A DNA stretch of 32,000 nt. Source: Halomicronema hongdechloris C2206 (GTDB taxonomy: Bacteria > Cyanobacteriota > Cyanobacteriia > Phormidesmidales > Phormidesmidaceae). Below are positions 28,124-32,000 of the stretch, piece by piece (the stretch's first letter is position 1; every line of letters begins with the position of its first letter). The DNA lies in assembly GCF_002075285.3 (NCBI RefSeq), contig NZ_CP021983.2, positions 1,890,001-1,922,000 on the forward strand, read 5' to 3'. Below the pieces are notes generated by a model. The model was not told the DNA's origin and searched no databases. It saw only the letters and a list, made by a program, of their open reading frames with translations. Made by a program: the position numbers and the translations under genes.

Positions 28124-30640
28124 ATGGCCACGCCTAACTCCCGCAGCATGCTTGCCGTCTTGTCTCAAGTTGATCAGCGAGGCAGCTTGACTCGCCGTGT
28201 CAAAGACCTGCCCGCGCCTCAGTTTGTCGATCTGCTGCAACAGATCACCAGCGAATTCGAGCATTTCCTCAAGGCCATCGATATGATCAATAACGAGGCC
28301 TTAGAGACAATGCTGGAGCAGATTCTAGAGGCCTTCACCCTGAAAATTGGTCAGATCTTACAGGCAGAACGCACCACCATCTTCATGGTGGATCACAACA
28401 AACACGAGCTATGGTCCAAGATTGCCCAAGGGGACAATGAAGAAGCCCTAGAAATTAGAGTTCCCATGGGGAAGGGCATCGCCGGCTACGTGGCCGATAC
28501 CGGCGAGTATCTGAATGTGCCCGATGCCTATGCCGATGAACGGTTTGATTCCACCGTCGACCAACGCACCGGCTATCGCACTCGCCACATTCTCTGCATG
28601 CCCCTGTCGAACAAGCACGGTCAAGTGGTGGCGGTGGTGCAGCTGCTGAATAAGCTGTCCGGCTTGCCCTTCGACCACGAAGACGAGCAGCGCTTTCGCG
28701 AGTATGCCTCCCACATCGCCGTCATTCTGGAGAGCTGCAATTCCTTCTATATCGCCGCCCGCAACCAAAAAGGGGTATCGGCTCTGCTGACGGCGATCTC
28801 GTCTCTAGAGCAGAGTCTAGACTTGGAGAAAACCCTGCAGTCGGTGATGGCAGAAGCCCGTAAACTGATGCAGGCCGATCGCAGTACCCTGTGGCTAGTC
28901 GATGACGAGAGGCGGGAACTGTGGTCGAAGGTAAAATCGGCCGATGGCCAGTCGATGATCGAGTTGCGGTTGCCTATGGACAAGGGCATTGTCGGCTATG
29001 TGGCCAACACCGAAGAGCCCCTGAATATCCCCAATGCCTACGAGGATCCCCGCTTCGATCGGAGCTCCGATGAGCGCACCGGCTATCAAACCCGCAATAT
29101 TCTCTGCATGCCGGTGAAAGACTCTAATAATCGGCTGATTGGTGTCACCCAGCTGATCAATAAGCACCAAGGCAACTTCACCAGCTATGACGAAGAGTTT
29201 ATGCGGGCCTTTAATATCCAGGCCGGGATTGCCCTAGAGAATGCCACGCTGTTCGAGAAGGTACTGTTGGAGAAGCAGTACCAGAAGGACATGCTCCAGA
29301 GCCTCTCCGACGCCGTCATCTCGACGGACATGGACGGTTGCATCGTCACCATCAATGATGCTGCCCTGGAGCTACTGGGTTGCGCCTTGAGTGATGAGGG
29401 CGACCGCGAGCATTGGCAACAGCAGCTGCTGGGTCGCCGAGTGTGGGAGGTAATTCCGATTGAAGCGATTCAGTTTCGCCTCAATGACAGCCTTACGCAC
29501 GGGGCAAAGCACTACGTGCCAGAACAGACTCTGCGCGTCGGGCTGATTACGGCAGCCCCTGACCAGGTTGCTTTACTCGCTATTCCCGACGCCGACAGCC
29601 AGCGATTTTGGCCCTGGGGCACCCTGACTGCTGAGGCTTACAGCAGAGAGCAGGTGACTCTGTTGGAGCGCAGTCTCAATCTCACCGTCAACCCGCTTAC
29701 CAATCCAGAGGGAGGGGTGCGAGGCGGCCTGGTGGTCTTGGAAGATATCAGCCAGGAAAAGCGGATCAAGACAACCCTCTACCGCTACATGACCCCGAAC
29801 GTTGCCGAACGGGTCATGGCCCTGGGAGATGACCACCTGATGAAAGGGGAGCGGCGGGAAGTTACCGTGTTGTTCTCCGACATTCGCGGCTACACCACCC
29901 TGACGGAGAATCTGGAAGCCGACAAGGTGGTGGAACTGCTCAATGCCTACTTTGAGACCATGGTAGAGGCGGTGTTTAATTGGGAGGGCACCCTCGATAA
30001 GTTTATCGGCGATGCTCTGATGGCAGTGTTTGGAGCCCCCCTGCCGTTACAGAACCACGCCTGGGCCGCTGTGCAATCAGCCCTGGATATGCGGCAGCGG
30101 TTGGCGGCCTTTAATTGCGATCGCATCCGGCAGCAACAGCCCAAGATCCACATTGGCATCGGCATTAGCTCTGGGGAAGTGGTCTCTGGCAACATTGGCT
30201 CTCACCGCAAGATGGAATATACCGTCATCGGCGACGGAGTCAACCTCAGCGCCCGCCTGGAAGGGGCCACCAAAGAATACGGTTGTGATATCGTCCTCAG
30301 TGAGCACACCTACGAACTCTGCAAGGACCAAATCTGGGTACGGGAGCTCGATCGCACCCGAGTCAAGGGCAAAATGCGACCGGTCAACCTCTACGAATTG
30401 ATCGCCCATCGCGATGATCCCCTGGATGCTACCACCCGAGAGTTTCTAGACATTTACCGTCAGGCTCGGCGGGCCTACACTGATATGTGCTTCCCAGAGG
30501 CCATCCAGCTCTTTCAAGCGGCCGCCCAACTGAGACCAACAGATCGGGCCGTGGCCGTTCACCTGAATCGGGCCCAAGCCTACCTGCGCACCCCACCCCC
30601 CGAGGGTTGGGATGGTGTCCATGTGATGACCAGCAAGTAG
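28124..30640 (+). CDS. Class III adenylate cyclase with tandem N-terminal GAF domains, a PAS domain and a C-terminal TPR-like tail (CyaB1-like architecture)
   Basis: 838 aa. Two GAF domains carry NKFDE-type motifs (LLNKLSGLPFDHEDEQ and LINKHQGNFTSYDEEF). A PAS-like segment follows (LQSLSDAVISTDMDGCIVTINDAALELLG). The cyclase domain carries metal-binding Asp residues (VLFSDIRGYT and KFIGDALMAVFG) and EYTVIGDGVNLSARLE. Confidence 0.85.
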   Translation: MATPNSRSMLAVLSQVDQRGSLTRRVKDLPAPQFVDLLQQITSEFEHFLKAIDMINNEALETMLEQILEAFTLKIGQILQAERTTIFMVDHNKHELWSKIAQGDNEEALEIRVPMGKGIAGYVADTGEYLNVPDAYADERFDSTVDQRTGYRTRHILCMPLSNKHGQVVAVVQLLNKLSGLPFDHEDEQRFREYASHIAVILESCNSFYIAARNQKGVSALLTAISSLEQSLDLEKTLQSVMAEARKLMQADRSTLWLVDDERRELWSKVKSADGQSMIELRLPMDKGIVGYVANTEEPLNIPNAYEDPRFDRSSDERTGYQTRNILCMPVKDSNNRLIGVTQLINKHQGNFTSYDEEFMRAFNIQAGIALENATLFEKVLLEKQYQKDMLQSLSDAVISTDMDGCIVTINDAALELLGCALSDEGDREHWQQQLLGRRVWEVIPIEAIQFRLNDSLTHGAKHYVPEQTLRVGLITAAPDQVALLAIPDADSQRFWPWGTLTAEAYSREQVTLLERSLNLTVNPLTNPEGGVRGGLVVLEDISQEKRIKTTLYRYMTPNVAERVMALGDDHLMKGERREVTVLFSDIRGYTTLTENLEADKVVELLNAYFETMVEAVFNWEGTLDKFIGDALMAVFGAPLPLQNHAWAAVQSALDMRQRLAAFNCDRIRQQQPKIHIGIGISSGEVVSGNIGSHRKMEYTVIGDGVNLSARLEGATKEYGCDIVLSEHTYELCKDQIWVRELDRTRVKGKMRPVNLYELIAHRDDPLDATTREFLDIYRQARRAYTDMCFPEAIQLFQAAAQLRPTDRAVAVHLNRAQAYLRTPPPEGWDGVHVMTSK

Positions 30641-30669
30641 ATAAGATGGGGGATACGTTTGGAGGCCCT

Positions 30670-31404
30670 ATGTCTACCCGTCAAGCCCGCTATGAGGGCA
30701 AGGCTAAAATTCTCTACGCCACCGATGACCCCACCGTCTTTATCAGCCATTTCAAGGATGACGCCACGGCCTTCAATGCCCAAAAACGGGGCACGATTCT
30801 CGATAAAGGCCATGTCAACTGTGCGGTGTCGACGCGGCTGTTTCAGTGGTTAGAGGCCCATGGCATCGCCACCCACTGGATTGAAACCATTTCAGAGCGG
30901 GACATGCGGGTACGGGCCGTGACCATCGTGCCGCTAGAGGTGGTGGTGCGCAATCGGGCCGCCGGTAGCCTCTGTAAACAGACGGGGCTGCCCCTAGGCA
31001 GCGAGTTGGTGCCGCCATTGGTGGAGTTTTATCTAAAAAACGATGCCCTCGGCGATCCGTTGCTGACGCCGGATCGGTTGCGGCTACTGACAGTTGCCTC
31101 CGAGGACCAGGTGCAGGAACTGCGGCGATTGGCCCTAGCTGTCAATAGCTTGCTGCTTGAGTTCTTCCGACGGTGCGACATTCTGTTGGTAGATTTTAAG
31201 TTGGAGTTTGGCCTGGATCCGCAGCAGCGGTTGGTACTGGCCGATGAGATCAGTCCTGATACCTGTCGGCTGTGGGATTGTCGGGTGACTGACCCCTGCG
31301 ATCGCATCCTGGACAAAGATCGCTTCCGCCAAGATCTCGCTCAGGTAGAGGCTGCCTATCAACAGGTGCTAGATCGGGTACTGGCACAGTCGATCGAACG
31401 TTGA
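30670..31404 (+). CDS. purC: Phosphoribosylaminoimidazole-succinocarboxamide (SAICAR) synthase
   Basis: Contains YEGKAKILYATDDP..., ...HFKDDATAFNAQK... and DFKLEFG. I moved the start to the ATG at 30670, because the 61-codon upstream extension in the track overlaps the cyclase gene and is Arg/Pro/Gly-rich with no purC-like sequence. Confidence 0.9.
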   Translation: MSTRQARYEGKAKILYATDDPTVFISHFKDDATAFNAQKRGTILDKGHVNCAVSTRLFQWLEAHGIATHWIETISERDMRVRAVTIVPLEVVVRNRAAGSLCKQTGLPLGSELVPPLVEFYLKNDALGDPLLTPDRLRLLTVASEDQVQELRRLALAVNSLLLEFFRRCDILLVDFKLEFGLDPQQRLVLADEISPDTCRLWDCRVTDPCDRILDKDRFRQDLAQVEAAYQQVLDRVLAQSIER

Positions 31405-31631
31405 CTGCGGCGATGGGGTAGAATTTGTCCGTTTAGTACCCAATTTATCCGTTTGTTAAGACTACGGGGTTTCCCGGTATACCACATTGGCCCCATAGCT
31501 GAAACCGCGTGGACTGGTTTGCAGTCGATGCGCTGGGAGCTATCTGGCGGTCAATCGCCTCAAGCTTGATGGCGGTTACTCTCGTGGCGGGAAGTCTTGG
31601 GTGGTGTGGACATATAGGCAGGTTTTAGAGG

Positions 31632-32000
31632 ATGCGCCTTTCCCCAACGCTTTTAGCAGTATTAACCGTATCAGCCGCCTGGGGGATCGCTCCCGAGGCC
31701 AATGGGCAGAGTTCATCCCCGTCGATGCGAGACAGAGACTCTGTTGTCAACATGGTAAAGTCGGTCCCGCGGGCAGCGGCCAATGCTGCTGAGACAGTAC
31801 ATCCCTCAACTAGGGCAACCATGCCGGAGATCTTAGCGGCATCTGCCCCGGTAGCCCAACGGATCCCTCCCGAGGAGGTCGAGGACTCGCTACCCACCGA
31901 CGATACCCCGGAGCCAGAGCCAGAAGTGGAGCCAGAACCAGGGCCTGTCCCGGAGCCAGAACCTTTCCCGGAGCCAGAACCTGTCCCGGACCCAAGGCCT
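31632..32000 (+). CDS. Secreted protein with a Pro/Glu-rich repeat linker. N-terminal 123 codons; it continues past the right edge.
   Basis: Absent from the ORF track because it is open-ended. My translation is MRLSPTLLAVLTVSAAWGIAPEANGQ (signal-peptide-like), then ...PEILAASAPVAQRIPPEEVEDSLPTDDTPEPEPEVEPEPGPVPEPEPFPEPEPVPDPRP. There is an in-frame stop at 31626-31628 and none afterwards. Confidence 0.5.
   Translation, partial: MRLSPTLLAVLTVSAAWGIAPEANGQSSSPSMRDRDSVVNMVKSVPRAAANAAETVHPSTRATMPEILAASAPVAQRIPPEEVEDSLPTDDTPEPEPEVEPEPGPVPEPEPFPEPEPVPDPRP

Noticed and set aside
30487-30669. 61-codon N-terminal extension of purC in the ORF track
   Set aside because: It overlaps the 3' end of the cyclase gene and is Arg/Pro/Gly-rich with no purC-like sequence. 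The canonical purC N-terminus (MSTRQARYEGKAKILYAT) starts at the ATG at 30670.

Overview
This window looks like an ordinary core-chromosome segment of a GC-rich cyanobacterium. The evidence for that placement is at least 16 perfect copies of the HIP1 octamer GCGATCGC, three phycobilin-lyase genes, a Tic22-like gene and an rpl33-rps18 pair. About 34 genes are densely packed on both strands.

Gene order, left to right:
- partial PMT/GT39 glycosyltransferase (-)
- DUF938 methyltransferase (+, frameshifted)
- SLH-domain protein with poly-Asp tracts (+, frameshifted)
- P1B copper ATPase (+)
- cpcT and two CpcS/U-type bilin lyases
- RDD protein, rpmG, rpsR, RNase II/R
- TPR membrane protein (-)
- agmatinase-family gene plus an AdoMetDC::spermidine synthase fusion (-)
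- rsmE, orphan PstS-type binding protein
- sodX-sodN (NiSOD) (-)
- alpha/beta hydrolase, tandem-ACT protein, GNAT, DUF4332
- tRNA-Pro(UGG), Tic22-like, sugar transferase, coaBC, small conserved ORF, carboxylesterase, pgsA, lysS
- CyaB1-like GAF-GAF-PAS adenylate cyclase, purC
- partial secreted Pro/Glu-rich protein

I found no transposase, integrase, CRISPR array, prophage or recognisable defence system, and I cannot honestly nominate a clearly novel multi-gene system.

The items most worth a second look:
- Five homopolymer-length frameshifts lie within 1.1 kb across two adjacent genes, while the rest of the window is frame-clean.
- The SLH protein carries extreme poly-Asp tracts encoded by a 9-bp microsatellite.
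- A perfect 4-unit tandem repeat fills a 97-bp divergent intergenic region. It also encodes a 26-codon micro-ORF with two CPYC motifs.
- A translationally coupled agmatinase / AdoMetDC-spermidine synthase fusion module.
- A 600-bp region with no convincing ORF upstream of the cyclase.

All functional calls come from motif recognition by eye. No database search was run.
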